32,000 nucleotides of DNA from Candidatus Saccharimonadota bacterium (GTDB lineage Archaea; Nanobdellota; Nanobdellia; Pacearchaeales; GW2011-AR1). Shown here one piece after another: positions 8,615 to 16,440 of this stretch (within the stretch, counting starts at the first letter, position 1; every line of letters begins with the position of its first letter). Below the pieces are notes generated by a model. It did not search any database, had not been told where the DNA came from, and saw only the letters and a program-made list of their open reading frames with translations. The stretch spans positions 300,001-332,000 of the forward strand of contig JBAZYG010000001.1 in the NCBI GenBank assembly GCA_041659445.1, in the 5' to 3' direction. The translations under genes and the position numbers were made by a program.

Positions 8615-8704
8615 TCAATCATCTAAAACATTCATAAAATCTTCGTCAAAATCTTCTTCTTCTGAAGCGATTTCTTGTTCTTCATAGTTATCTTCATCAA
8701 TCAT
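8615..8704 (-). CDS. Candidate 29-aa acidic micro-protein
   Basis: MIDEDNYEEQEIASEEEDFDEDFMNVLDD, read by hand on the minus strand. No canonical TATA at -29. Speculative. Confidence 0.2.
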   Translation of the reverse strand: MIDEDNYEEQEIASEEEDFDEDFMNVLDD

Positions 8705-8895
8705 CTTGTTGTAGGGAGATTCTCCCTGTACCTCATTTTTATATTTTTAGAATAACTCTTGTCCTTTTTAAAATCTTCTATTCAAAAAAATACATGTTTT
8801 TACGAGGACAAAGTTTAAAAACAGAAAGAAGTTTGTAAATGATATCTAAAATAAAGTATTCTAAGAATTTTCCTTTAAACAAATTATTTTTTTAA

Positions 8896-9222
8896 TTAAA
8901 AAGTAAATTTATCTGAATTTCCTCGAATAAATTTCATATTATCAATGAATTTTTTTACTTCTGGAGAAACACTTTGTTCAGTATAAATATCATAAGTTCC
9001 ATTTACTCCGTAAATTTTCATTAAATCATTTTCAATATCGAACATAAATGTATTTATATGTTTTCCGTCAGTATAAATTGGTTCATGTAAATGAGATTGC
9101 CATAAAATTGGATTTTTAAAAACCATTTGAAAAACTTGATCTGTTTGTGCAACTAATTCTAAAGCTTTTTTATTGATTTTTGATTTTCCTTCAATATCTG
9201 CATTTTTATATTCGTTTGTCAT
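8896..9222 (-). CDS. Hypothetical protein
   Basis: 108-aa ORF starting 4 nt after the stop of the upstream gene (same strand). No recognisable motif. Confidence 0.6.
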   Translation of the reverse strand: MTNEYKNADIEGKSKINKKALELVAQTDQVFQMVFKNPILWQSHLHEPIYTDGKHINTFMFDIENDLMKIYGVNGTYDIYTEQSVSPEVKKFIDNMKFIRGNSDKFTF

Positions 9223-9225
9223 TTT

Positions 9226-9561
9226 TTATATAAAAATTAATTTTGTACAATCAAGACCTTTTTCTTTTGAAAATTCTTCTATCTTTTCTTCTAAAGAAGA
9301 AACATCGCAATTTTCAAAATTATTTTCAACATCATTTATGAATTCTGCATAAGTAATGTAATTCATTTTTCCAAAAATTTTCCCTAAAAAACTGTTTGGA
9401 TAAATTATTTTCATTTCTCCTGTTAATAAGTATCCTTTTCCTAAACAAGATTCTCTAGCAGAGATCATTGCACCTAAGTCACTTTTAAGTATTAATGTTT
9501 TTACTTCATTCCCTACTTTTATTTCTGGAAAGATATATGCCTTTAATTCAGGTTTTGTCAT
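9226..9561 (-). CDS. Hypothetical protein
   Basis: 111-aa ORF. TTTATAAA at 9583-9590 is exactly 29 nt upstream. Confidence 0.6.
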   Translation of the reverse strand: MTKPELKAYIFPEIKVGNEVKTLILKSDLGAMISARESCLGKGYLLTGEMKIIYPNSFLGKIFGKMNYITYAEFINDVENNFENCDVSSLEEKIEEFSKEKGLDCTKLIFI

Positions 9562-9631
9562 ATTTTTTTAATATTCTTATTATTTATAAATCTTTCTAAA
9601 AAGTACTATTATTCAGTTAATACAGATTAAA

Positions 9632-10045
9632 TTATTTTATTTTTTTTATCCTTTCTATAATATCCATTCCTGTTTCTGGTCCAAAAGTATCAAATACATT
9701 TCTTATATAATCTTCACTTGAATTATCTCTTGTAACAATAATTCCTGCGCAAATATCATCGTCTAATTGTCTTATAGGGTCATTTGGACTAAATTCAATT
9801 TTTTGTTTTACCTTTTGCATTGCTCCTATTAAACCAGTCATTGGACCATCAATTCCTTGATCAGAGTCGTCATATAATTTACCAGCTAAAGCTTCATGAG
9901 CTTCAACTATTTTTCCTTGTTCTCTTAATATTCCAGCAACTCTAACTCGGTAATCACTATCTGATTCTTTTGAACATCTTTCTATTCCAAAATCTTTTCC
10001 ATATCTTATTGCAAGAGCGTTTCTATCAAATTTTTCTTCTACCAT
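9632..10045 (-). CDS. Hypothetical protein
   Basis: 137-aa ORF. TTTTTAAA at 10067-10074 is 29 nt upstream. No recognisable motif. Confidence 0.6.
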   Translation of the reverse strand: MVEEKFDRNALAIRYGKDFGIERCSKESDSDYRVRVAGILREQGKIVEAHEALAGKLYDDSDQGIDGPMTGLIGAMQKVKQKIEFSPNDPIRQLDDDICAGIIVTRDNSSEDYIRNVFDTFGPETGMDIIERIKKIK

Positions 10046-10083
10046 GATATATTTGTAATTTTAGGGTTTTTAAATATTTATAT

Positions 10084-10494
10084 TTAATTTGATAAACTTT
10101 TCACTCTTTTCTTGAGTTTCAAATAATTTTTTATTACAGATTCTGTTCGATTAGAAATATCAATTTTGCTTTTTGGATTCCAATAAGAAAGATATTTAAT
10201 TTCATTGCTTGGCTTTGCTTTTCCATAAGCATCAACAAGAAATACTTTAACATGATTTCTTATTTCTTTTCCTCGGTGATTTATCCAAGCATTTCCGATA
10301 TAACTAAATAAATAAAATATTTTTTTTGTTTTTAGAGTGGTTTCTTCTTCTAATTCTCTTATTGTGGCATCTTTTCTAGATTCTCCTTGATTTGCTCCAC
10401 CTCCAGGCAAGGTGAATTTCTTTTTCTTTCCAGCAACGACGATAATTCCCTTAGGTGTTTCAACAATTGCTATTCCTTTTCTTCGTTTTATCAT
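10084..10494 (-). CDS. NUDIX hydrolase
   Basis: Nudix box GGGANQGESRKDATIRELEEETTL, matching G-x5-E-x7-REUxEExGU. Confidence 0.9.
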   Translation of the reverse strand: MIKRRKGIAIVETPKGIIVVAGKKKKFTLPGGGANQGESRKDATIRELEEETTLKTKKIFYLFSYIGNAWINHRGKEIRNHVKVFLVDAYGKAKPSNEIKYLSYWNPKSKIDISNRTESVIKNYLKLKKRVKSLSN

Positions 10495-10501
10495 GATTTA
10501 A

Positions 10502-11758
10502 TTAATTTTTTAAGAGGGTTTCTTCTTCCTTATATTTTTCACCTAAATCTATTTTTATCTTTCTAATACTCTCTTCTATACTATCTCTTAATATTTTTAA
10601 ATTTCCTCTAACATATTCCCCCGAATTAATAATTGTAGTAACTTTTGTTTGCATAGCGTCAATATTTTTGAAATTATCTTCTATAGTATTTAATTCAGAG
10701 GAAATCTTTTCAAAGTTAACTTTATCTTCTGAACCTTTACTTTCCCTAAGAACAAAAAGTCTAGCTATACGATAAGCAAAATATAAATTATCTTCATCAT
10801 AATAAGTTATAAGGTATTTATCACTTATTTTAATTGGACAAAGTTCTCTTGGCATTTCATCTCTTTTTGCAAAAATAAATATTCCAAAAGAAGCTTTTCT
10901 ATTTTGTATTGCATCATTTATCTCATCTATTGTTTTTTTAGAAGAATAACCTGAACTATCTTTACATTCAATAATAATACTCTTTTTATTTTCAAGTTCT
11001 ATTGAAATATCTCCTTTCTTACTTTCTGTACCTAATTTATCTCCAGTCATATTAATAGTGTTTTCATAATAACTTGCTAATGTCTGAAGATTTCTATAAA
11101 CTTCTTCTTCAAACTCAAATCCTTTTGCAGTTCCTTTTTGTTTTTCAATATTAATGGCACTTTCTTTTAATACTTGGTCTCTAATATCTTTTATTTCTTT
11201 ATCTCTAATTTCATTTAATCTTTCTAATATTTGTTCTTTAAGTTGCCTAGTGGGTGAATCTTTTTTATTAGGATCAAGTAATTCTTGTAATTTTTTTTCA
11301 TCCATTTCAGAATTTTCTTTTAGTTCTTCAATTAAAAGAGATAATGCACTTTTTTTATTATCCATATTAAAGGTGTCATCAATTATCTTTCTTATTTGAC
11401 CCTTGTCTTTATTGAAATATGAGTCAATTAATTCTTTCATTTGAAATAATGGGCTTTGAACATTATTCAAACTAAATGTTTTTTCAATTTTTTCATTAAG
11501 ATTATCTGTTTGTTTTTCAAATAATTCTTTTGTTTTAGCTATAAAATTATTAAATTCCTTTTCAACAAAGTCTATATTTTCAGTTAAAACCATTTGTTTT
11601 AAACCAACACAACCAATAATCAGAGCTTTTGTTGTCCAATCTTCTAAATTTTCCTTATCTTTTAAAAAATTATAAGTATCTGGATTTGAAATTGTTAAAT
11701 TTTCAATATGAACTTCTTCATTTTTCTTGTCAATGATGACTTTATTGCCTTTTTCCAT
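10502..11758 (-). CDS. Coiled-coil protein with a C-terminal PD-(D/E)XK-like nuclease domain (DUF2130/RmuC-like architecture)
   Basis: The N-terminal ~200 aa are heptad-rich and charged. The C-terminus has KGFEFEEEV...GDISIE...IIIECKD, giving D...E-x-K spacing typical of restriction-endonuclease-fold proteins. The family assignment is by pattern only. Confidence 0.65.
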   Translation of the reverse strand: MEKGNKVIIDKKNEEVHIENLTISNPDTYNFLKDKENLEDWTTKALIIGCVGLKQMVLTENIDFVEKEFNNFIAKTKELFEKQTDNLNEKIEKTFSLNNVQSPLFQMKELIDSYFNKDKGQIRKIIDDTFNMDNKKSALSLLIEELKENSEMDEKKLQELLDPNKKDSPTRQLKEQILERLNEIRDKEIKDIRDQVLKESAINIEKQKGTAKGFEFEEEVYRNLQTLASYYENTINMTGDKLGTESKKGDISIELENKKSIIIECKDSSGYSSKKTIDEINDAIQNRKASFGIFIFAKRDEMPRELCPIKISDKYLITYYDEDNLYFAYRIARLFVLRESKGSEDKVNFEKISSELNTIEDNFKNIDAMQTKVTTIINSGEYVRGNLKILRDSIEESIRKIKIDLGEKYKEEETLLKN

Positions 11759-11808
11759 TAAAAATCAAATATTAAACTTATATTTAAATCTTCTTAAAAT
11801 TTTCTAAA

Positions 11809-11994
11809 TTATTTTTTCCACTTAACTATCATAATTACTAATCCGGCAATAAAAATAAGTGCTCCAATTATATCAATGTCTATTCCCCATTGACCATATG
11901 TTAAAATATTCAAGAATTGAAAAGCTATTCCGATAAGCATTATAATAATACCAATTTTTCTTGTAAATTTGAATTTTGTTTTATGCTTTTCCAT
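11809..11994 (-). CDS. Small two-TM membrane protein
   Basis: The ORF-track version (to 12072) overlaps the tRNA-Tyr 3' exon. Trimmed to the internal Met (MEKHKTKF...) at 11994, 13 nt downstream of the tRNA 3' end. Confidence 0.55.
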   Translation of the reverse strand: MEKHKTKFKFTRKIGIIIMLIGIAFQFLNILTYGQWGIDIDIIGALIFIAGLVIMIVKWKK

Positions 11995-12007
11995 TTTAAT
12001 AAAAAAA

Positions 12008-12206
12008 TCCCTCCACCAAGAGTCGAACTTGGGATCTCCCGGGTTCTGCTTTCCAGGATTCTGGCTTATCAAGTTTCATTTAATTTCCATGACGGAATAT
12101 CCACTCTAAACATGACGTTAGTCCATCTTTAAAGGAGGTTGAACGTCAAGGAACCTTGGTTCCTTAAGTCTACAGCCAGGCGCTCTAACCACTGAGCTAT
12201 GGAGGG
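12008..12206 (-). tRNA. tRNA-Tyr (GTA) with a 126-nt intron at the canonical 37/38 position
   Basis: Hand-folded. Acceptor CCCTCCA/TGGAGGG (C1:G72, A73), D arm GCTC-AGTGGTTA-GAGC, anticodon stem CCTGG/CCGGG, loop CTGTAG|intron|C, T arm CCAAG-TTCGACT-CTTGG. 5' exon 12170-12206, intron 12044-12169, 3' exon 12008-12043. CCA is not encoded. Confidence 0.85.
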
Positions 12207-12303
12207 ATTCATACTTAATATCCCGTATATATGATTTCTCATCTATAGAGGGGATTCACACTTAATATCCCGTATATATGATTTCTCATCTATAGAGGGA
12301 TTG
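12204..12303. repeat. Tandem direct repeat, 47 bp x ~2.1 copies, covering the tRNA-Tyr 5' end and promoter
   Basis: Copy 1 (12204-12250) and copy 2 (12251-12297) differ at one base (cata vs caca). A partial third copy ggatt follows. Each copy carries GTATATATGA (TATA-like). Confidence 0.95.
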
Positions 12304-12360
12304 TAAAATTAAGACATAAAAAGAATTTTTAAAGTTATTGTTTAATTTTATTTTATTAGA

Positions 12361-12675
12361 TTAATAATCAACAGGAATATATCTCTCAGATCCAGTTCTT
12401 AGTCCATCTTTACTTATAGAAACTTCTTTGATATAAGGCAAATCCATTACTCTTTTCATTAGATTTAAAGCATTTTCATAATTATCTATAACTGCAACAT
12501 TTTGGTACTCCGCTGGAAGACCTTTATATATTTTTAAAAAACCAATATTTTCAAAAATAATTGATTCTAATCTTCCCTTTTTAATTTCATCATTAAATTC
12601 CTTATTATTATAAGCGCTTTCTGCTAGAGTTATTTTAACAGCGTATTGTCCGTTGTATTTTTCTGAATTTGACAT
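12361..12675 (-). CDS. Hypothetical protein
   Basis: 104-aa ORF. TTTATAAA at 12697-12704 is exactly 29 nt upstream. Confidence 0.6.
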   Translation of the reverse strand: MSNSEKYNGQYAVKITLAESAYNNKEFNDEIKKGRLESIIFENIGFLKIYKGLPAEYQNVAVIDNYENALNLMKRVMDLPYIKEVSISKDGLRTGSERYIPVDY

Positions 12676-12716
12676 TTTATTAAAGAATATTTAGAATTTA
12701 TAAATTTTATTGTGAT

Positions 12717-12962
12717 TTAAGCATAACTAAAATAATAAAAATTATTTTCAAATCTGTATTTTAGTTCTTTGTCATATTTATCCTTGAAAGAATCACATAA
12801 ATTCTTTGCATTTTGTTCATCCTCGGGATTTCCAGTATGAAAAACTTCTTCAACTTCTTGAGAAGACAATATTCTATTCATATTTATTAAAAGATAATTT
12901 TTGTAAGTAGAATAATTTCTATTTCCAAGCAATCCCTGATTTTTTTCTAAATTTTTTACCAT
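12717..12962 (-). CDS. Small hypothetical protein, tandem paralog A
   Basis: 81 aa. Shares the N-terminus MVKxLEK and C-terminus LCxxFKxxYDKELKYxF....YFSYA with the neighbour. TTTATAAA at 12984-12991 is 29 nt upstream. Confidence 0.65.
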   Translation of the reverse strand: MVKNLEKNQGLLGNRNYSTYKNYLLINMNRILSSQEVEEVFHTGNPEDEQNAKNLCDSFKDKYDKELKYRFENNFYYFSYA

Positions 12963-13005
12963 ATTTTAATTTAAAAATTTAAATTTATAAAAATTATTGC
13001 GATAA

Positions 13006-13248
13006 TTAAGCATAACTAAAATAGCAAATTCCTTTTCTAAATGAATATTTTAATTCTTTGTCATATCTTTCTTTAAACAAATTACATAATTCTTTTATAT
13101 GTGCTTCATTATTCTTTCCCATTATATAAGGAAGTTCTTTTAATTGAGGTTGCGATTCTAAAGTATCATGTATCCCGATTATTGTGAATTGCTTAAAGCT
13201 TTCATTAAACTCTTCACCAAAAATAGGCTTTTCTAAAGTTTTTACCAT
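13006..13248 (-). CDS. Small hypothetical protein, tandem paralog B
   Basis: 80 aa, paralogous to 12717-12962. TTTATAAA at 13270-13277 is 29 nt upstream. Confidence 0.65.
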   Translation of the reverse strand: MVKTLEKPIFGEEFNESFKQFTIIGIHDTLESQPQLKELPYIMGKNNEAHIKELCNLFKERYDKELKYSFRKGICYFSYA

Positions 13249-13300
13249 AATTATGAGTTAACAATTCAATTTATAAAGATTTATATTTTTTAGAATAAAC

Positions 13301-14686
13301 TTATTCGTCTTTCATATCAGCAGCTTCTGCAACAAAGTAAGCTCTGTTTGATGCTACTTCTTTGATTTTTCCGTCTTTCTCGAATATGGCTGTTGTTGGA
13401 GGTAATGCAAATCTACCTAAAACTCCAATCTTTGATGAATAAATTATGTAATTAATTACTCTTGATTCTCCTTTTTCTAATTTGTCAAAGTTCCATTGTA
13501 ATAATCTCTTTGAAGCATCCATTTTTGTTGGAGCGTTTCCTAAGAATTTTTCATAAAGCTTTACTAAAGGAGGCAATCTTTCCATAACATTAACTTTTTC
13601 AATGTATTTTTTAGCATGAATATTTACAGTTACCTTTAATGCAAATTCTCCGCCTTTTGCTCTCACGAATGAAATGTGTTTCTTTAATACAAGATATCTA
13701 TTCACAGATTTTTTAGTGAAAACAACAATCACGATTATTAATATAATAACCAAGAATGGAATTATCCAATTTGTTCGAACAATTATTTGTTGTGTCTCAC
13801 CTGGTTTTATTTCTTGAAGCCAGCTATAATAAATTTTTCCACCTTGTCTTGTAACAGAAGTTGGTTCTGGACTAAAACTTGTGAAAAGTCTTGAAAAAAC
13901 ATTTTTCTTTATTGTTGTTTCTGTTGTAACAATTACATTTCCTTCATTTGTCTTTTCAATTATTTTTTTATCGATAATAAAACCATATTCTCTTTTTGAA
14001 GAAGTTAAAATATCTTTTTCAACAAATTCAATAGGAGCTTGAGCTTCAGCAGTTATACCATTGTAATTTATTGTTGCAGTTACAGTATAAAATCCAGCCA
14101 TTAATTCTTTGAAATCATCTTTATTTAATTCAACTGTAAATGTTTTTTTCTCTTTATAATTTAAAGAAACTTTTTCCTCGAAATCAAAAAATGAAGATTT
14201 GAAATTAACATTCACGTCTTCAAAATTGTAATCTATTTTATTATATAAATAAACTTGCATTGTTTTTGTCTCAGGATCAATATTCTGAGAACCAATTTCA
14301 AATGCATCTTCTAAATTTACTACATTCACTGTAATTTGTTTGCTTATTTCAGATTTGTCTAATGCTTGAATAACCAAATCAAATGTTGAATAACCTAAAT
14401 CTGTATTTGAACTAGGATAAATTTTTAATTGAACATCTTTTGTTTCACCATGATTTATTGTAATTCTTCCAGAAGGTTCCAAGCCTAAACCAAAAAAAGT
14501 GTAAAAAAGAAAACTGTTTGAAGGTCCGTTATTTGTAATTCTTAAATTAATTATTGCAGGTTGATTTAAATCCACAATCATTACTTCGTTTGAAGGTTGT
14601 TTTTCAATTGTTAAATCTATTGGTGTAACAAATGGAATTATTAATAACGCTAGAACAAAAACAAACATCAAATTTCTCTTTTTCAT
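13301..14686 (-). CDS. Exported membrane protein with CARDB/NEW3-like beta domains and one internal TM
   Basis: I prefer the start at 14686 (MKKRNLMFVFVLALLIIPF, signal-like), with TATTTAAA about 30 nt upstream; the ORF track starts at 14719. Segments such as PAIINLRITNNGPSNSF are CARDB-like. TM helix IIPFLVIILIIVIVVFT. Confidence 0.7.
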   Translation of the reverse strand: MKKRNLMFVFVLALLIIPFVTPIDLTIEKQPSNEVMIVDLNQPAIINLRITNNGPSNSFLFYTFFGLGLEPSGRITINHGETKDVQLKIYPSSNTDLGYSTFDLVIQALDKSEISKQITVNVVNLEDAFEIGSQNIDPETKTMQVYLYNKIDYNFEDVNVNFKSSFFDFEEKVSLNYKEKKTFTVELNKDDFKELMAGFYTVTATINYNGITAEAQAPIEFVEKDILTSSKREYGFIIDKKIIEKTNEGNVIVTTETTIKKNVFSRLFTSFSPEPTSVTRQGGKIYYSWLQEIKPGETQQIIVRTNWIIPFLVIILIIVIVVFTKKSVNRYLVLKKHISFVRAKGGEFALKVTVNIHAKKYIEKVNVMERLPPLVKLYEKFLGNAPTKMDASKRLLQWNFDKLEKGESRVINYIIYSSKIGVLGRFALPPTTAIFEKDGKIKEVASNRAYFVAEAADMKDE

Positions 14687-14765
14687 GTTAAAGAAAATGA
14701 ATTTTAGATATTTAAACATTTCTATGGAAAATTTTTAGAGATTTTTAGAAAATTATTTAATCTTT

Positions 14766-15200
14766 TCATTTAAAACTATTTGAACTTCTTATTTCATCCC
14801 AATCTGTAGTGCATCCTTTAAACCCGTTATTTTCAGAGGATTTAAGAAAATTTGGATTAACACTGCCTTTGACGAATTCTTTTAAATTTTTAAAAATTTC
14901 TTCAAATAGTTTTAAATCTTTATGGTATATGTCGTATATTGGACAAATTTTATTTTCTGAAAATCCAGAAGTTGAAAATCTATCGCAGAATTCTTTAAAA
15001 GTTTCATGAAATCTTAAATCATAAGAAGCATAATCTTTATACATTAAACAGTCTTCTCTTAGAGAACAACCTATTTCTTCTTTTGGAAAAACCCTATTTC
15101 CATGAATTTCTCCAATTTCAAGAGGCATACTTTTTGGTTGATAACCTTTTCCAGATATTTCTAGAAAATTAGAATCTTGTGAAGGTTTTTTCTTAACCAT
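14766..15200 (-). CDS. Hypothetical Cys/His-containing protein
   Basis: 144-aa ORF. TTTAAAAA at 15222-15229 is 29 nt upstream. No recognisable motif. Confidence 0.6.
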   Translation of the reverse strand: MVKKKPSQDSNFLEISGKGYQPKSMPLEIGEIHGNRVFPKEEIGCSLREDCLMYKDYASYDLRFHETFKEFCDRFSTSGFSENKICPIYDIYHKDLKLFEEIFKNLKEFVKGSVNPNFLKSSENNGFKGCTTDWDEIRSSNSFK

Positions 15201-15231
15201 ATTTTATTAATTTAAATTTAGTTTAAAAAGA

Positions 15232-15456
15232 TTATTGCACTTCAGAATCAGACATATAATAATCAAAAACAATGTTTTCCAAATCTTCTGAAAAAGGTTT
15301 GTCGTTGTTCTCGTCATAAATTAATCTTTCAAATCTCTTAGGTTCCTTTTTCTTTAAATTGTAAAAATAACTTTGATAATCAAAATTTCTTATTTTTAAT
15401 TGAAATTCATCAATTTGTTTAAGAACTTCTTTTGTTACTTCTTGATATGATTGCAT
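15232..15456 (-). CDS. Hypothetical small protein (74 aa, trimmed)
   Basis: TTTATAAA at 15478-15485 lies exactly 29 nt upstream of the internal Met (MQSYQEV...). The longer ORF-track N-terminus is Phe-rich read-through of AT-rich promoter DNA. Confidence 0.5.
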   Translation of the reverse strand: MQSYQEVTKEVLKQIDEFQLKIRNFDYQSYFYNLKKKEPKRFERLIYDENNDKPFSEDLENIVFDYYMSDSEVQ

Positions 15457-15574
15457 ACAAAGAATTACTAAACTTTCTTTATAAAAATTGTTGTGATTGA
15501 TTTTATTTTTAAAATAAAAAAATATATAAACTAAACAAAAATCAGTATATAACTTAAATGAAAATAAGAAAATC

Positions 15575-15802
15575 ATGGAAGAAAAAACAAAAAAAGAGTG
15601 TTCAAAATTAAAAAAAATTTTAAGAGGCATATACCATCCTGAAGGAATTCAGCTTCTTATTAAAGATTCACTTAAAAGAAAAAAATATGCCTCTGAAAAA
15701 ATTGAGGATATCTCAGAAATTGGGGAACATCTGGACAATGTAAAATATATTTTTTATGGAGCAACAACCTTCTTATTGGTATATTACGAATTTTTTAAAT
15801 AA
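15575..15802 (+). CDS. Hypothetical small protein
   Basis: 75-aa ORF. TATATAAC at 15546-15553 is 29 nt upstream. Divergent from the 15456 gene. Confidence 0.45.
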   Translation: MEEKTKKECSKLKKILRGIYHPEGIQLLIKDSLKRKKYASEKIEDISEIGEHLDNVKYIFYGATTFLLVYYEFFK

Positions 15803-15806
15803 TAAT

Positions 15807-16310
15807 TTAATGTCTTCCTTCTAAATCAAGGTATGCTTTTGCTTGTCCTAAGAATTCATCACATGCAGTTGCAACTTTTCCTTCAAATGTACTAATTCTG
15901 TCTGTAATTACCCATTTTTCATAAATTGCTCTTAAGAATTTTCTATATGCTGTTGTTTCAAATTTCCCATCATAGTCTCGAACAAGAATTCCTTTGATTG
16001 AAACTTCAACGCTTCCTTTGTTTGATTTTAACTTTACTCCGTCTTGATTCATCTCAACATCAACTAAACCAAGAATTCTGAATTTTACTTTTACATCTAT
16101 TTTAAAATAATCAGTATATTTTTTAGAACCTTCCCATTCAACGTCAATATCTTTGGAGTTTCCTTTTATTTTTTCCGAATATTTTGATTCAACTAAATCC
16201 AAACCTGTTTCTTGACTTAGCCATTCATAACAAAATTTATAAAAATCTTTGAATGAAAAAACGCCATCATACTTTACCTTACTCGAATAAATGTCTTGTT
16301 TTTCCGCCAT
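15807..16310 (-). CDS. Hypothetical protein (167 aa)
   Basis: Clean ORF, divergent from the thermosome gene. No motif recognised. Confidence 0.65.
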   Translation of the reverse strand: MAEKQDIYSSKVKYDGVFSFKDFYKFCYEWLSQETGLDLVESKYSEKIKGNSKDIDVEWEGSKKYTDYFKIDVKVKFRILGLVDVEMNQDGVKLKSNKGSVEVSIKGILVRDYDGKFETTAYRKFLRAIYEKWVITDRISTFEGKVATACDEFLGQAKAYLDLEGRH

Positions 16311-16440
16311 CTTTTATGTATTTAAGACAAAAATATTATTTAAATATTCTTCGGATTTGGAAAAATTTATAAATAGTTTGGAATTTGGGTTTTATTAGTG
16401 AGATACAATCCTAATATAGATTAATTTCATTACAACAATC

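Noticed and set aside
11154-11399. 81-aa plus-strand ORF inside the coiled-coil nuclease gene
   Set aside because: It is antisense to a 418-aa ORF and has a Ser/Leu/Phe low-complexity sequence.
11995-12132. N-terminal extension of the 11809 ORF (to 12072) and the plus-strand ORF 11917-12132
   Set aside because: Both run through the tRNA-Tyr exons and intron, and the tRNA fold is much better supported. The small membrane protein was trimmed to the Met at 11994.
12044-12169. Possible C/D-box guide RNA or homing-endonuclease ORF inside the tRNA-Tyr intron
   Set aside because: There is no RUGAUGA/CUGA box pair on inspection, and 126 nt is too short for an endonuclease ORF.
12204-12303. Could the direct repeats be a mini CRISPR array?
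   Set aside because: The copies are directly abutting with no spacers, there are only about 2 copies, and the repeat includes the tRNA 5' end and TATA box. This is a tandem duplication.
15457-15630. Long N-terminal extension of the 15232 ORF (132-aa version)
   Set aside because: The extension is Phe/Ile-rich, overlaps the divergent 15575 gene and its promoter, and a perfect TATA sits 29 nt upstream of the internal Met at 15456.
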